A stretch of DNA of 32,194 bases, from positions 1 to 32,194 of the IMG/VR virus record IMGVR_UViG_3300027797_002864; one strand, written 5' to 3'. The notes beneath the pieces are model-generated. The model saw nothing but the letters and a program-made list of their open reading frames with translations. It ran no database searches and was not told the origin of the DNA. This document shows positions 7,724-17,555 of this stretch, piece by piece. The translations under genes were made by a program, and so were the position numbers. Positions within the stretch are counted from its first letter, which is position 1. Each line of letters opens with the position of its first letter. Origin of the DNA: a virus (taxonomy: Duplodnaviria; Caudoviricetes).

Positions 7724-10330
7724 CTAAATACCGAAAAGGTCAAACAATTCGCAAGTTACGTTTTCTGACGGCTTTCGTATCTGCCAATTAACCCCTTGGT
7801 AAAATCTTTCAATGCCTGAAAACAGAATCTTTTCAAACATTTTTTCATAATTTATTTTAAATATACTCTTATACTCTTCTGGAAAAGTATATTTAAATCC
7901 TATCGAGTCAATACCATATTTATTCGGTTGCTGCAGGTATACATATCGAGTTTTATCACCAGATGAGATTTCTTCATACTTGTTCTCAATACCTAGTTTC
8001 TTATTTAGAAAGTTATGAAGGTAAGCAGATTTAACGTGAATAGGTGTACGAGTTCCAATATTAAACTCATTACACTTAGATGCATACTTCTCATACCCTC
8101 GAAGACCCATAACAAACGCGACGTCTTCGATAGGTAAGTCCTTAAACGTATTATATGTCTCAGTCAATATGTTATTAGTCTGTTCTAGTGACTGAGTAAG
8201 TAGCATCGTCTCAATAATCTTCTTAGCGTAAGGCTTAATAGCATTAGGCATCGATGTACGAACAACCTCGACACCAGTATACTTAAACTTATCTACCTTA
8301 ATACCTTCATCATCTAGAATATGCATAACATATCTCTTCTTCTGTAGGAATAAAGCTACATCACTTATACTTTCTCTTTTAAAGACGAACCGTGGGTCAA
8401 TAGTTCTAAGTGACTTTATAGCCCAACTATTAATCTCCTTATTAATAAAGTCTTCAATCGTCTGCAGTTCTTTATAGAACACATCACTTACCATATTATC
8501 ACTTTTAAGAGGTACCACATCATTAATACATTGTAATGAGAAGTATAGAGAGTCAGTATCTGAATATACCCAGCTATTATCTAAAGTATGCTCGTCGGTT
8601 ATATTGTAGTTAGCAGTTAGATACTGCTGTAGTAGTTTACCTGCCTGCTTAATAACGGCTTGACCGGTAAGAGTTACAGAAGAGGCAATATCGTCGTCAC
8701 CAATAGGTGCCTGTTTATTGCCCATGTAGCCGTATACAGAGTTAAGGAGTGTCTTGATTACCATCTGTTTAGTATTCAGCCTCTCAACCTCAAATTGAAT
8801 CTCTGATCTCTGCTGACTCAGCTCTGTTCTCTTAGTCCCATCAGCTGCAATAATATCATCAATAGCTTTTAATTGCTTCTTAACCTTAAAGAGTTCAGTC
8901 TTCACTACTACTCGTTCGTTGTAGTAGTGATCTAAGAATTCTGGGATAATACCTTTTTTCTTTTGTGAGAATAAAAACCCAGCTTTCGTTACCGCACACT
9001 TTTCTGCTACCAGGAAGTCATTAAACGCTTTAGGAGTTAACTCAAAGCACTTACCAGTTACATGGTAGATATTGATGTTACCTTTATCAGTCTTTTCAAT
9101 CCTACCGATCTTAGTCTCAGGAGATAGGTTGAGAGAGATCATTACGTTAGGGTATAGAGAGTTAGCATCGAATGATACTACATTAGTCTTAAACCCTGAT
9201 TTAGGCTCAGCTACATAAGCACCTGGATTCTTTACTGCACTATCAGGTCTTACAAACGTCGATAGAACTTCACCTCTCCTTCTAGCTTTAATTGCTAACG
9301 CACCATTAATAACCGAAATAGTACCCATCGAGCTTTCAAGAGTAGATAGACCTACATACGATAACATTCTTAATAGTGATATATACTGTAGTTTATCCTC
9401 TAACTTAATAAGAATATTAACGTCTTGAATGTTATACTCGACCAGTTTCTGCCAGTTCGTATCAGTTAGAGTTGCAAGATCGATATTACCGTAATCAATC
9501 TTCCTCTCTCCTAGCTCAATCTCAGCAATTGCATCTAGCTTATATGACTCTCTAAGCTTGAGACAGAATCGTTGATAGATATCAAGGTAGTCAATTGTAG
9601 ATATACCATCAAAGTAATATCGCTTTTGCTCTCTACCGAACTTACCTTTCATTAACCTAAAATATACGTTATTAAGAGGTGACATTCTCTTGACTGACTC
9701 TTCACCAAGAATACGTTCACACCGATTCACTATATAAGGCATGTCAAACAGCAAAATATTCCAACCTGATATTACATCAGGATAATCTTGTTCGAGATAC
9801 TCAATAAATTTAATAAATAATTCTCTCTCGTTCTTACAATGAACGTATGAAACATTATCAGCCGTATTCTCATACTCCTTTATACCAAAGGTATAGAAAT
9901 GCCTTTCAAGAGAGTCATAACAAGTAATTACTGTTACTGGATGAGTAGGATTATCTACATCTGGAAAGCCTCCAGAAGATGGACTATAAGTCTCGATGTC
10001 AAGATATACTACCTTAAGCGGATTCTTAGAGAATTCCTTATCTTCGTTCTTAGTCCAGAAAGTATCAATAAGATATTGCTGAGCAGCAGGAAGGTTTTCA
10101 TAAACTCTCTTTATCTTTGATTCATTAATAAATTTATAACGCTCGTAGCTGTTATTAAAGATCTTTTTCTTAATCGTACTACCATAAATAGACACCTTCT
10201 CACCCTTAGGATCGTCTACGTAGAGGTATGGACTATGTGACACAGAGTAAGTTACTCTTTTGCCACTCTCATCCCAGGTAAAGAGGTTAATACAACGCTC
10301 TTTACTATTATAAACTGCATTACGGTACAT
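7724..10330 (-). CDS. 43: Family B DNA polymerase (gp43-like)
   Basis: Exonuclease motifs LDIET, GWN...FD, SYKLD and YNIQDV. Polymerase motifs SFDANSLYP, K.LLNSVYG, YSDTDS and KKRY. C-terminal clamp-binding-like ELFDLF. No intein-sized insertion. Confidence 0.96.
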   Translation of the reverse strand: MYRNAVYNSKERCINLFTWDESGKRVTYSVSHSPYLYVDDPKGEKVSIYGSTIKKKIFNNSYERYKFINESKIKRVYENLPAAQQYLIDTFWTKNEDKEFSKNPLKVVYLDIETYSPSSGGFPDVDNPTHPVTVITCYDSLERHFYTFGIKEYENTADNVSYVHCKNERELFIKFIEYLEQDYPDVISGWNILLFDMPYIVNRCERILGEESVKRMSPLNNVYFRLMKGKFGREQKRYYFDGISTIDYLDIYQRFCLKLRESYKLDAIAEIELGERKIDYGNIDLATLTDTNWQKLVEYNIQDVNILIKLEDKLQYISLLRMLSYVGLSTLESSMGTISVINGALAIKARRRGEVLSTFVRPDSAVKNPGAYVAEPKSGFKTNVVSFDANSLYPNVMISLNLSPETKIGRIEKTDKGNINIYHVTGKCFELTPKAFNDFLVAEKCAVTKAGFLFSQKKKGIIPEFLDHYYNERVVVKTELFKVKKQLKAIDDIIAADGTKRTELSQQRSEIQFEVERLNTKQMVIKTLLNSVYGYMGNKQAPIGDDDIASSVTLTGQAVIKQAGKLLQQYLTANYNITDEHTLDNSWVYSDTDSLYFSLQCINDVVPLKSDNMVSDVFYKELQTIEDFINKEINSWAIKSLRTIDPRFVFKRESISDVALFLQKKRYVMHILDDEGIKVDKFKYTGVEVVRTSMPNAIKPYAKKIIETMLLTQSLEQTNNILTETYNTFKDLPIEDVAFVMGLRGYEKYASKCNEFNIGTRTPIHVKSAYLHNFLNKKLGIENKYEEISSGDKTRYVYLQQPNKYGIDSIGFKYTFPEEYKSIFKINYEKMFEKILFSGIERFYQGVNWQIRKPSENVTCELFDLFGI

Positions 10331-10338
10331 CTAAATAC

Positions 10339-10366
10339 AGTATAATGTAGTTCGATATGAATTCAA
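10339..10366 (-). promoter_or_regulatory. Sigma70-like promoter with GAACT spacer box (polB)
   Basis: TTGAAT-N7-GAACT-N4-TATACT, 8 nt before the ATG. Confidence 0.7.
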
Positions 10367-10373
10367 TAGTGTC

Positions 10374-11609
10374 TTATGGATTCCAGCGTTTAAGATATTT
10401 ACGATCTGGAGAGTTATACGGTGTGTTTAGAGCCTCAAGATGACATCCGATATTTTCTTCATTCTCCATAATACGAGTTAAACCATACCCTCTCAATAGC
10501 TCGATGTTTTCCTTATACTGTTTGCGATTCTTATAGCTTAAGATAGTTTCAAGTTTAAATTTAAGATCTTCAGCAGATTTAAATCTGAGACTTTCAGGTG
10601 CAGTACTATATGTAACAAGATCTTGACATAAACAAGGAATGCCTAAAACTGCAGCTTCAACAAATTTAATATCTGATTTAGATTTATTAAAGTTGTTATC
10701 TTGCAGTGGTGCAATCATAATTTGAGCTTGCAAGTTAGCGATAAATTTAGGATAGTTAAGTAAATTCTGCCAAGGATGAAACTCTATGTCACCAGACTTA
10801 ACGTATTCTAGTAATGGTGGTGGAAAAGCTCCTACAAAAACCCACTTATATTTGTGACGAGTGTCTATAACAAGTTTAAGAACATGTTCGAAATCATCTT
10901 TACCACCCACCTTATTATCTACATCATAGTGAGCGCCGGAGCCGGTGTATAGAATTCTTGGCTTCTTATAATGTTTATCATATGCCTCAACGACTTTACG
11001 TCTATTATAAAGATGCCCCATCCAGAAGTCTGGTACGAAGTTAGGCAACACTGTAATTTCTTGCTTACCGGTCCGAGCAGTATATAGCTCTTTCATATAC
11101 TGACACGTGACAGTTACCTCATCACACATATTAATAATGTCAATACAATTCTGTCTAATACCTCCTCCAACAAACGCGGATTTAAATTTATTATAATCAG
11201 GAATATCCTCTTCAAATACTACATCGTCTACTTCGTAGATTAATTTAAATCCATGTTCTTTTTGAATACTTTTAAGAAATTGAACAAAATCTCTCTGAGC
11301 CTTACTTGCTTGTCTTTGTATCTTAATACACTTAAGACCTTGATACCAACGTGGGTCGAATACCATGCTCGTTAGTGAAGAAGAGCATCCGTTACCTCTT
11401 ATATTAATTAATTGCTCTGGCCAGAGCATACGCCAGTGACCACATCCAGTTAAGTCACCTAGATAGTTTAGGTATCTCGGTAAACCTAAATCACCAGGTG
11501 AAATAGGAGGTGATGATACCTTTAACGGTGGATGTGAATTAATTCCTGGTCTACTTGCAAACGGAGATGCAAAAGGTGAAACAAAAGGTTGAGGTAACAT
11601 TAGCGACAT
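10374..11609 (-). CDS. GT-B-fold (GT4-like) glycosyltransferase
   Basis: GCGHWR..WP, YEVDD, YTGSGAH, APL..N.FN..KSDIKFVE and GIPCLC. Confidence 0.75.
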   Translation of the reverse strand: MSLMLPQPFVSPFASPFASRPGINSHPPLKVSSPPISPGDLGLPRYLNYLGDLTGCGHWRMLWPEQLINIRGNGCSSSLTSMVFDPRWYQGLKCIKIQRQASKAQRDFVQFLKSIQKEHGFKLIYEVDDVVFEEDIPDYNKFKSAFVGGGIRQNCIDIINMCDEVTVTCQYMKELYTARTGKQEITVLPNFVPDFWMGHLYNRRKVVEAYDKHYKKPRILYTGSGAHYDVDNKVGGKDDFEHVLKLVIDTRHKYKWVFVGAFPPPLLEYVKSGDIEFHPWQNLLNYPKFIANLQAQIMIAPLQDNNFNKSKSDIKFVEAAVLGIPCLCQDLVTYSTAPESLRFKSAEDLKFKLETILSYKNRKQYKENIELLRGYGLTRIMENEENIGCHLEALNTPYNSPDRKYLKRWNP

Positions 11610-11614
11610 ATATT

Positions 11615-11642
11615 ATATTATGTTACAATGTTAAAAATTCAA
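11615..11642 (-). promoter_or_regulatory. Sigma70-like promoter (GT-B gene)
   Basis: TTGAAT-N16-TAATAT, 5 nt before the ATG; an overlapping TATAAT is an alternative -10. Confidence 0.55.
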
Positions 11643-11645
11643 TAG

Positions 11646-13469
11646 TTAAATCTCCATATAATCAAGTCTTCTGGTAATACCATTTTCTTTCTCAAGATAA
11701 ATTACGTCTCCAGTGACTGACTTAATAGACTCTTTACGGTGTGAGATAATAATATTACATTCATCCAATTCTTCAACTCTCTCTTTAAGAATAGCTGTAA
11801 TTAGCTCTATGCCTTTCTCATCAAAAGATGAATCGAATAGCTCATCGTATATTGCAATATTATATCGTACTTCGCCTTGCATTCTTCTTAGATCTGAAAA
11901 AGTAAACAAGCATGCAAGATCAATAGCTTTGCGCTCTGCACCGGAAAAGTTAAAGTAAGAACAAACTTTATTTTTTTCGTTTAAAATCTCTTCTTCAAAA
12001 TATTCATTAAAGATACAGATACAGTTTGAGTCTAGTTTCTTAAGAAAGTATAACAATCTACCATTCAGAGTTTCGAGTAGCTTATTAACAATGTAAGATT
12101 TTACTCCTTCCTCACTAACAATATATTTAACTATATCTAACTTACTAAGCTGCTTATTAAGAGTATCTCCTACAGCAGTCATTTCAGCTGCTCTTAATTC
12201 TGTATCACTAATTAGCTTATCGAACGTGGTATCGTTACTCTCAATAGCTAAGATATCTGAATCAAGCTCATCTAACCAGCCTTTAAGCTGATCAATTCGT
12301 TGCTGCTTGTTTGTTTTATCTTGCTTGGATAGATTGTGCTTTGAAATAGTTTGATGAGAACTAGCTATAATATTTTTAATACGTTTCTTCTTATCCACAT
12401 ACTCTTCCAGTTCAGCAGTTTTCTGCTTTACATTAGTAGCAAGCAGTACTATATCACCTTTTAGTTTTTCTTTCTCTTGCTTTATATATGCAAGGTCGTG
12501 TTCTTCAATACCTCTTAAACAGACTTCGCATTTATGCTCTGATGTTCCTATTTTCTTATAAGAGGATTGCATATCAGTAATCTTTTGCTTACTAACAGCT
12601 ATCTCAACATTAATATTAGAGATATAATCGTCACATTTATCTACACCCCTCTCGTAGTCTTTAATATTTTTCTCAATCTCGATAATGTTGATACTTGATG
12701 ATCCATCTGCATTATCAAGATTATTAATATATTCAGTAATAGTTTGTATCTCAGCTAGGTTACTCTCTCTACGACTGTAATATAGCTCTTTCTTTTCCTG
12801 CCTCTTAGCTAGTGTAGTATCTCGTTGATGAGTATAGTTTTTAAGGTTTTGATTTACTTCACCAAACTTAGCTTGATGTGTATCAAGATCTCTTTTTGTA
12901 TCATTATACTCAGAACGCAAGCGTGAGATCATTTCACTAAATACCTCGAGTCCAAAGATATCCTCAATAAACTTACGCTTATCAATCTTACTCTTTGCCA
13001 TAAACGGCACCGCATTATTGACTGTCATAATAACACAGTTTTGAAATATAGCAGGAGATGCACTTATGACATCACAAATATGTTTTGTTGTATTACTTGT
13101 ACTATCAAGAGTAATATCTATATCATCCTCAAATAATTGAACCTTGGTAGGGTTCATATACCTAACGATCTTGTATTGCTTTGTAGATGCAGGTGTAATA
13201 AGCTCAAAGTCAAGTTCTACTTGAGTCTTACCACCAGTCACATTATTAGGAATTAAATCCTTTTTAATCTCTCTTAGTGTCTCACCAAAGATAGCAAAGT
13301 AAATGATCTCAGCAACACAAGACTTACCAACACCGTTACGACGATCAGGTTTGTCCTTATTACAGCCAGTAATAACATGTAATCCTTTCTTAAAACTAAC
13401 CGCTACCGGCTCTTCCCCGATAGATAGAAAGTTCTTTGCTACTACTCTTTTAAAGTTAACGTATTTCAT
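11646..13469 (-). CDS. 46: Rad50/SbcC-like recombination ATPase (gp46)
   Basis: KNFLSIG, Walker A NGVGKS, coiled coil with Zn-hook CEVC, signature FSGAE, Walker B IYDE and IISH. Start 13469 gives a TAATG overlap with gp47. Confidence 0.93.
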   Translation of the reverse strand: MKYVNFKRVVAKNFLSIGEEPVAVSFKKGLHVITGCNKDKPDRRNGVGKSCVAEIIYFAIFGETLREIKKDLIPNNVTGGKTQVELDFELITPASTKQYKIVRYMNPTKVQLFEDDIDITLDSTSNTTKHICDVISASPAIFQNCVIMTVNNAVPFMAKSKIDKRKFIEDIFGLEVFSEMISRLRSEYNDTKRDLDTHQAKFGEVNQNLKNYTHQRDTTLAKRQEKKELYYSRRESNLAEIQTITEYINNLDNADGSSSINIIEIEKNIKDYERGVDKCDDYISNINVEIAVSKQKITDMQSSYKKIGTSEHKCEVCLRGIEEHDLAYIKQEKEKLKGDIVLLATNVKQKTAELEEYVDKKKRIKNIIASSHQTISKHNLSKQDKTNKQQRIDQLKGWLDELDSDILAIESNDTTFDKLISDTELRAAEMTAVGDTLNKQLSKLDIVKYIVSEEGVKSYIVNKLLETLNGRLLYFLKKLDSNCICIFNEYFEEEILNEKNKVCSYFNFSGAERKAIDLACLFTFSDLRRMQGEVRYNIAIYDELFDSSFDEKGIELITAILKERVEELDECNIIISHRKESIKSVTGDVIYLEKENGITRRLDYMEI

Positions 13470-14524
13470 TATGAGCACTTACGATATAAATCGAGGGTAT
13501 ATTCAATTATATCCTTCTTTTCTTCAATATCTAGTAAATTAATAAAGTCTGTTATAGCTTGGCTAATATCAATACCAGACATATCCTCTTTATGTTTATT
13601 TTCGTCTAGAATTCTATTAAAATTAATATCATAGTCAACTGATAAGCTTTCAGGCTTAAGCAGGCTTAACTTATTAAGAAGAATATTCATATCCTCTTGA
13701 CATATATTTTTATCGACTTTTAATTTAACAATATTATTTGATACAATATGTCTAATTCTATTAGTTATATTACCTTCATCAACTAGATCGCTCAATGTAA
13801 GTTTCTCATAAAGAGGTGAGATTTTATTTTCAATAAAATCATACTCCATTGAGTCTAAATCTAAGATATGATATCCTTTACTATTACCTGCGTCACCAAA
13901 GTCCATCTGAAAAGGATTACCTACATATAGAATAGTACCTGCACTATAGACTTTCTCATGCCGGGTATGAAAGTGACCTGAGAAAACTAATCTAGATTTA
14001 GATAGTAGATCTTTTACTTTAATTCCCTCTTCACATATTTGAGTACTACTAAATTTAAATGTCTCGATCTCGAAATGACCAAATATAACATCACATTTAG
14101 GAATATCTTCGACGGTTGTATTCCATGGACATAAGGTAATAGTCTTGTCAAACCACTCAACTACTGTCATACTATCAAATATATTTACATTCTTCCGATG
14201 TTTGAAGATAGAAAGAGATGTAACATCAGTTCGATGTTTAAAGTACATGTCATGATTACCTGGTATAGCGAAAATATTAAACTCCTGAAGTATATCTAAT
14301 ATGTTAGCTGATACCTGTAAGGTATTAACAGATATCTCACTTCTATTATGATGCCAATCACCGCAGAAGATAATATCTTTGATATTACGTTTATTAAGAT
14401 CTGCTTTGAGCCAATTAGCCCATTCAATAGCTATATTATGCCAGAACGTGCTATTAGAATGCACCCCAAGGTGCAGATCTGATATTATAGCTATTTTAGA
14501 TTTCTTCGCTGTTGTAACCGTCAT
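13469..14524 (-). CDS. 47: Mre11/SbcD-like recombination nuclease (gp47)
   Basis: Metallophosphoesterase motifs SDLHLG, GD, GNHD, GH and SGHFH; adjacent to gp46. Confidence 0.93.
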   Translation of the reverse strand: MTVTTAKKSKIAIISDLHLGVHSNSTFWHNIAIEWANWLKADLNKRNIKDIIFCGDWHHNRSEISVNTLQVSANILDILQEFNIFAIPGNHDMYFKHRTDVTSLSIFKHRKNVNIFDSMTVVEWFDKTITLCPWNTTVEDIPKCDVIFGHFEIETFKFSSTQICEEGIKVKDLLSKSRLVFSGHFHTRHEKVYSAGTILYVGNPFQMDFGDAGNSKGYHILDLDSMEYDFIENKISPLYEKLTLSDLVDEGNITNRIRHIVSNNIVKLKVDKNICQEDMNILLNKLSLLKPESLSVDYDINFNRILDENKHKEDMSGIDISQAITDFINLLDIEEKKDIIEYTLDLYRKCS

Positions 14525-14981
14525 AATAGTCTGAGTCCATAGGCTTAACGTAAATTGAGTGACCGCTACCTGTAGAGGATTCTATCATACTATCTTCATA
14601 CACCCTATCTCTATAGTTTTTAAGAGTTTCGTGATGACGTTTTTCTTTTTTAATACGGTTAATAAATGCGTGAAAAGCGATTGTTGTAAAGTAAGAAAAG
14701 GGATTTGAGTTAGCGTCAAAATTATACTTTTTAAATTTAAGAGCACTATACATCTTAATAAGAGCATCTCCTATCATTTCCTCTTTATACGAATAGTTAA
14801 TAAATGACGGATTGAAGCTTAGACCGTAAGCTATCTTTTTAATATTATCTGCGAGATCATCAGTTAATATATCAGTTTCGTAATAAGCTCTAAGAGAGTC
14901 TTTAAACTCCTTAGGTAATACATAAAATTCTTTTACACCCTTAGCCATATCTAATGATATGGGTGGGTATGTTATTATCAA
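14496..14981 (-). CDS. 55: Late-transcription sigma factor (gp55-like)
   Basis: YV, KIA.GLS..P.F.NYSYKEEMIGDA and NPFSYFT.IAF.AFI.RIKKEK. T4 synteny next to gp47. Start could be the later MAKG. Confidence 0.9.
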   Translation of the reverse strand: MIITYPPISLDMAKGVKEFYVLPKEFKDSLRAYYETDILTDDLADNIKKIAYGLSFNPSFINYSYKEEMIGDALIKMYSALKFKKYNFDANSNPFSYFTTIAFHAFINRIKKEKRHHETLKNYRDRVYEDSMIESSTGSGHSIYVKPMDSDYYDGYNSEEI

Positions 14982-16414
14982 GGCTGTATAATTCTTTTAA
15001 TAGAAAATTCTATCTTTTCTGCATCATAAATATCCTGTCTCTTTTTACAATGAGCCTTGCCGTACTTAAGATTATCGCATATATCAATAATATTGAGCTT
15101 AGTCTTGCTCTCATGCTGTCTCAACCCACGACCAATTGATTGTACTGTCCTTACAAACGACTTTCCACCAGCAGCAAATATAATATTATGCAGGTTCTTA
15201 ATATTAACACCTGTAGAGAAAATAGCGCTAATAGCTACACATATAATATTACTGTGTTTCTCCATTAAATTTTTAATACGTTCTCTCTCCTCTACTTCGA
15301 TCTCACCTCTAATATAAAAAACTTGTCTATCGCCTATATTACTAAGGTAATTAAACATTGCCTCACCATGAGCTAGATGATTAACAAGCACTAGAGTATT
15401 GTTGTTTAATCTTTTGCAGATAGTATTGATAACTTCGTTACGATACTTATTATCGTATATAAATGACAATTCATCTCTATATTCATTATCAGTTAACCTT
15501 AATGGCTTACATTTATATGTAATATCTAGTATTTTAACTTGAACATTGACTAGAAAGTTTTCTGATCTCAATTCATAACTAGATTTTTCGAAAATAACTG
15601 GTCCAAATTTACCAATAATATTCCATTTATCTATCTGTTCTTCTGGCAATGTACCTGTAAAGCCAAATTTGCTATTAGTCTTTATCTTAGATACTATTTT
15701 AGTAATTTCGTTACCTGACTTTACTTTATGACACTCATCTACAATTAGCAGATCTACGAATTTAAGAAAGTCATTATCTTCAAACTTACTCTGTAAAATA
15801 CCGGTATTGCATATTATTACATTTGCGGTGAGGTCAGGAGTTATACTACCAGTCCATCTAGTAGTCTTAAAGGTCACTCCACAATTTAAAAACTCATTAT
15901 ATGTTTGAGTTACGAGACCTAAATCAGGTACAATTAATAAACACTTAAAGGTGTTTTTATTATTAGCGTTATTAAAAAAGCTTTCTATTAGAGCAGCTGT
16001 AATAAATGTCTTACCAGCACCTGTACCTAACACACAAACACCTCTACCAATCTTAAGAGCCTTAACGATTACCTCTCTTTGATAATCTCTTAAAGATAAT
16101 TTAAAGTCCTCACTAAGAGTATAGTCATTACTACCATCAAGTACTTTTTGTAGGCTATCACTTATAGATATGTCAGCAACAACTTGCATTTGTATGAGAT
16201 ATTTTCTTATATCCCAATACATTCCTAAATCACAAGTACCAGTAGGTGTTATAATATACTTTCTACGAGCTACAAACATTCCTCTACGTCTCGCAAATAC
16301 AGCACCCTTATTGTCTACACTAAAGTGCTCTCTTACTTGTGTGAACACGTCGCTATCATCACAGATAAATGTAAGTTTATCTGTTGTCTGCTTGTAGTCA
16401 AACTTAATTATCAC
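14978..16414 (-). CDS. uvsW: UvsW SF2 DNA helicase
   Basis: LRDYQ, GTGAGKT, DECH, GFTGT, FSTGVNI and QSIGRGLR. Confidence 0.93.
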   Translation of the reverse strand: MIIKFDYKQTTDKLTFICDDSDVFTQVREHFSVDNKGAVFARRRGMFVARRKYIITPTGTCDLGMYWDIRKYLIQMQVVADISISDSLQKVLDGSNDYTLSEDFKLSLRDYQREVIVKALKIGRGVCVLGTGAGKTFITAALIESFFNNANNKNTFKCLLIVPDLGLVTQTYNEFLNCGVTFKTTRWTGSITPDLTANVIICNTGILQSKFEDNDFLKFVDLLIVDECHKVKSGNEITKIVSKIKTNSKFGFTGTLPEEQIDKWNIIGKFGPVIFEKSSYELRSENFLVNVQVKILDITYKCKPLRLTDNEYRDELSFIYDNKYRNEVINTICKRLNNNTLVLVNHLAHGEAMFNYLSNIGDRQVFYIRGEIEVEERERIKNLMEKHSNIICVAISAIFSTGVNIKNLHNIIFAAGGKSFVRTVQSIGRGLRQHESKTKLNIIDICDNLKYGKAHCKKRQDIYDAEKIEFSIKRIIQP

Positions 16415-16810
16415 TTAGGCTTGTTCTGATTGGTTGATCTGTATGATATTTCGTATCTCCCAATGCATACTAGCGAATATCTTCTCCACCTTTTCGAGGT
16501 ATTCAATAATATAATCGTATTCTTTAATTTGATCGTTAATTTCTTCTACCTCTTTTGAGCTCTCTGCTGCAATCTCGGCCGCTACTGAGGTCATTTTAAT
16601 AGGACTTAACTCTACAATACGTTTAGATATATCTTTCTTTAGATTCTTCTTATCTCGTAGTAAGTTATTACGTTTAATCTTAGCATCAATAAGACGAGCT
16701 ACCCAGAAGTGCTTTCTTGCGGGTAATCTAAGCTGAACCTCTTTAATATTAAAGTCATTAACAATTAAGTCCTGCTTAATCTCCTCGATATATCTCTCCA
16801 TAATGCTCAT
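16415..16810 (-). CDS. uvsY: UvsY-like recombination mediator
   Basis: Helical protein directly upstream of uvsW, with P..KH.W and IEYLE...K.......WEIRNII. Start moved to 16810 to fit the promoter position. Confidence 0.7.
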   Translation of the reverse strand: MSIMERYIEEIKQDLIVNDFNIKEVQLRLPARKHFWVARLIDAKIKRNNLLRDKKNLKKDISKRIVELSPIKMTSVAAEIAAESSKEVEEINDQIKEYDYIIEYLEKVEKIFASMHWEIRNIIQINQSEQA

Positions 16811-16815
16811 CATAC

Positions 16816-16843
16816 AATATAAGTATATATAAGATGGACTCAA
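16816..16843 (-). promoter_or_regulatory. Sigma70-like promoter (uvsY-uvsW-55-47-46 operon)
   Basis: TTGAGT-N16-TATATT, 5 nt before ATG 16810. Confidence 0.55.
16818..16825 (+). promoter_or_regulatory. Late promoter variant overlapping the divergent uvsY -10
   Basis: TATAAGTA, 8 nt before ATG 16834. Confidence 0.45.
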
Positions 16844-17100
16844 CAAGTAAGTTTGAAAAAGCCTTTATAAATATACTAGAAGAAGATACTTCAGCAGGAG
16901 GAGCTCTCGGTACTTCAGCAGGAGGCTTTGATCCAGCTGTTAATATAAATTCTTCTGATTTTTATGCCCGTGGAGATGCAAGAGTTCCTAAGGGAGGCAA
17001 GAATATACAGCGTCGACCCAGCATACCTACACTCTTTAAAAGAAAGAGATCTAAAAAGAAGTCGAAAAAAAGGAAACGGGTCATTAATACTTCATTGTGA
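16834..17100 (+). CDS. Small protein with very basic C-terminus (88 aa), possibly a virion core/DNA-binding protein
   Basis: Leader ending ILEE, duplicated TSAGG, tail KRKRSKKKSKKRKR. Confidence 0.7.
   Translation: MDSTSKFEKAFINILEEDTSAGGALGTSAGGFDPAVNINSSDFYARGDARVPKGGKNIQRRPSIPTLFKRKRSKKKSKKRKRVINTSL
16887..16925 (+). repeat. 15-bp direct repeat with 24-bp period, in frame
   Basis: TACTTCAGCAGGAGG at 16887-16901 and 16911-16925 (TSAGG twice). Confidence 0.85.
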
Positions 17101-17513
17101 TAAATACAGGCCACTGGACAACAGAATTACTTCTTGAAAGTGATCATCAACCCTATGGCTTTATATATGTTATAACAAATAACGTAAACAACAAGAAGTA
17201 TATCGGTAAAAAGCAGTGTGTATCTGTTTTAAAGCGCAAACCTCTAAAAGGTAAGAAAAATAAACGTCACGAAATCGTTGAAACTGATTGGAAGTCATAC
17301 ACCTCATCGTCTTTAGAGCTTAACAAAGATATTGAGTTATATGGTAAAGATAAATTTACCTTTAATATTGTAAAGTGGTGTGAGTCAAAGGCTGAGCTAG
17401 CATACTTCGAAGCTAAATTGCAATTTGAATGTAATGTATTGTTTAGCGATGATTACTACAATGGTATTATCAATTGTCGACTGTGTAGATTTAAGATAAA
17501 AGATAAAAAATAG
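17097..17513 (+). CDS. GIY-YIG (Seg-like) endonuclease-domain protein
   Basis: GFIY.ITN..N.KKYIGKK, W.SY.SSS, conserved E and YYN; catalytic domain only. Confidence 0.85.
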   Translation: MINTGHWTTELLLESDHQPYGFIYVITNNVNNKKYIGKKQCVSVLKRKPLKGKKNKRHEIVETDWKSYTSSSLELNKDIELYGKDKFTFNIVKWCESKAELAYFEAKLQFECNVLFSDDYYNGIINCRLCRFKIKDKK

Positions 17514-17518
17514 TCTTA

Positions 17519-17546
17519 TTGCAATAATAACGAACTTGTATAAAAT
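17519..17546 (+). promoter_or_regulatory. Sigma70-like promoter with GAACT spacer box
   Basis: TTGCAA-N7-GAACT-N4-TAAAAT, 9 nt before ATG 17556. Confidence 0.65.
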
Positions 17547-17555
17547 TGTTTTATA

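Noticed and set aside
7724-10330. Intein or intron in polB (helicase and UvsX also checked)
   Set aside because: The ORFs are continuous, of normal length, and show no intein or homing-endonuclease motifs.
16866-16873. Exact TATAAATA inside the 88-aa ORF
   Set aside because: Intragenic, no nearby start codon, and expected by chance in AT-rich DNA.
17097-17513. GIY-YIG gene as a mobile homing endonuclease or intron ORF
   Set aside because: Catalytic domain only, coupled to the upstream gene, and no split host gene or intron structure around it.
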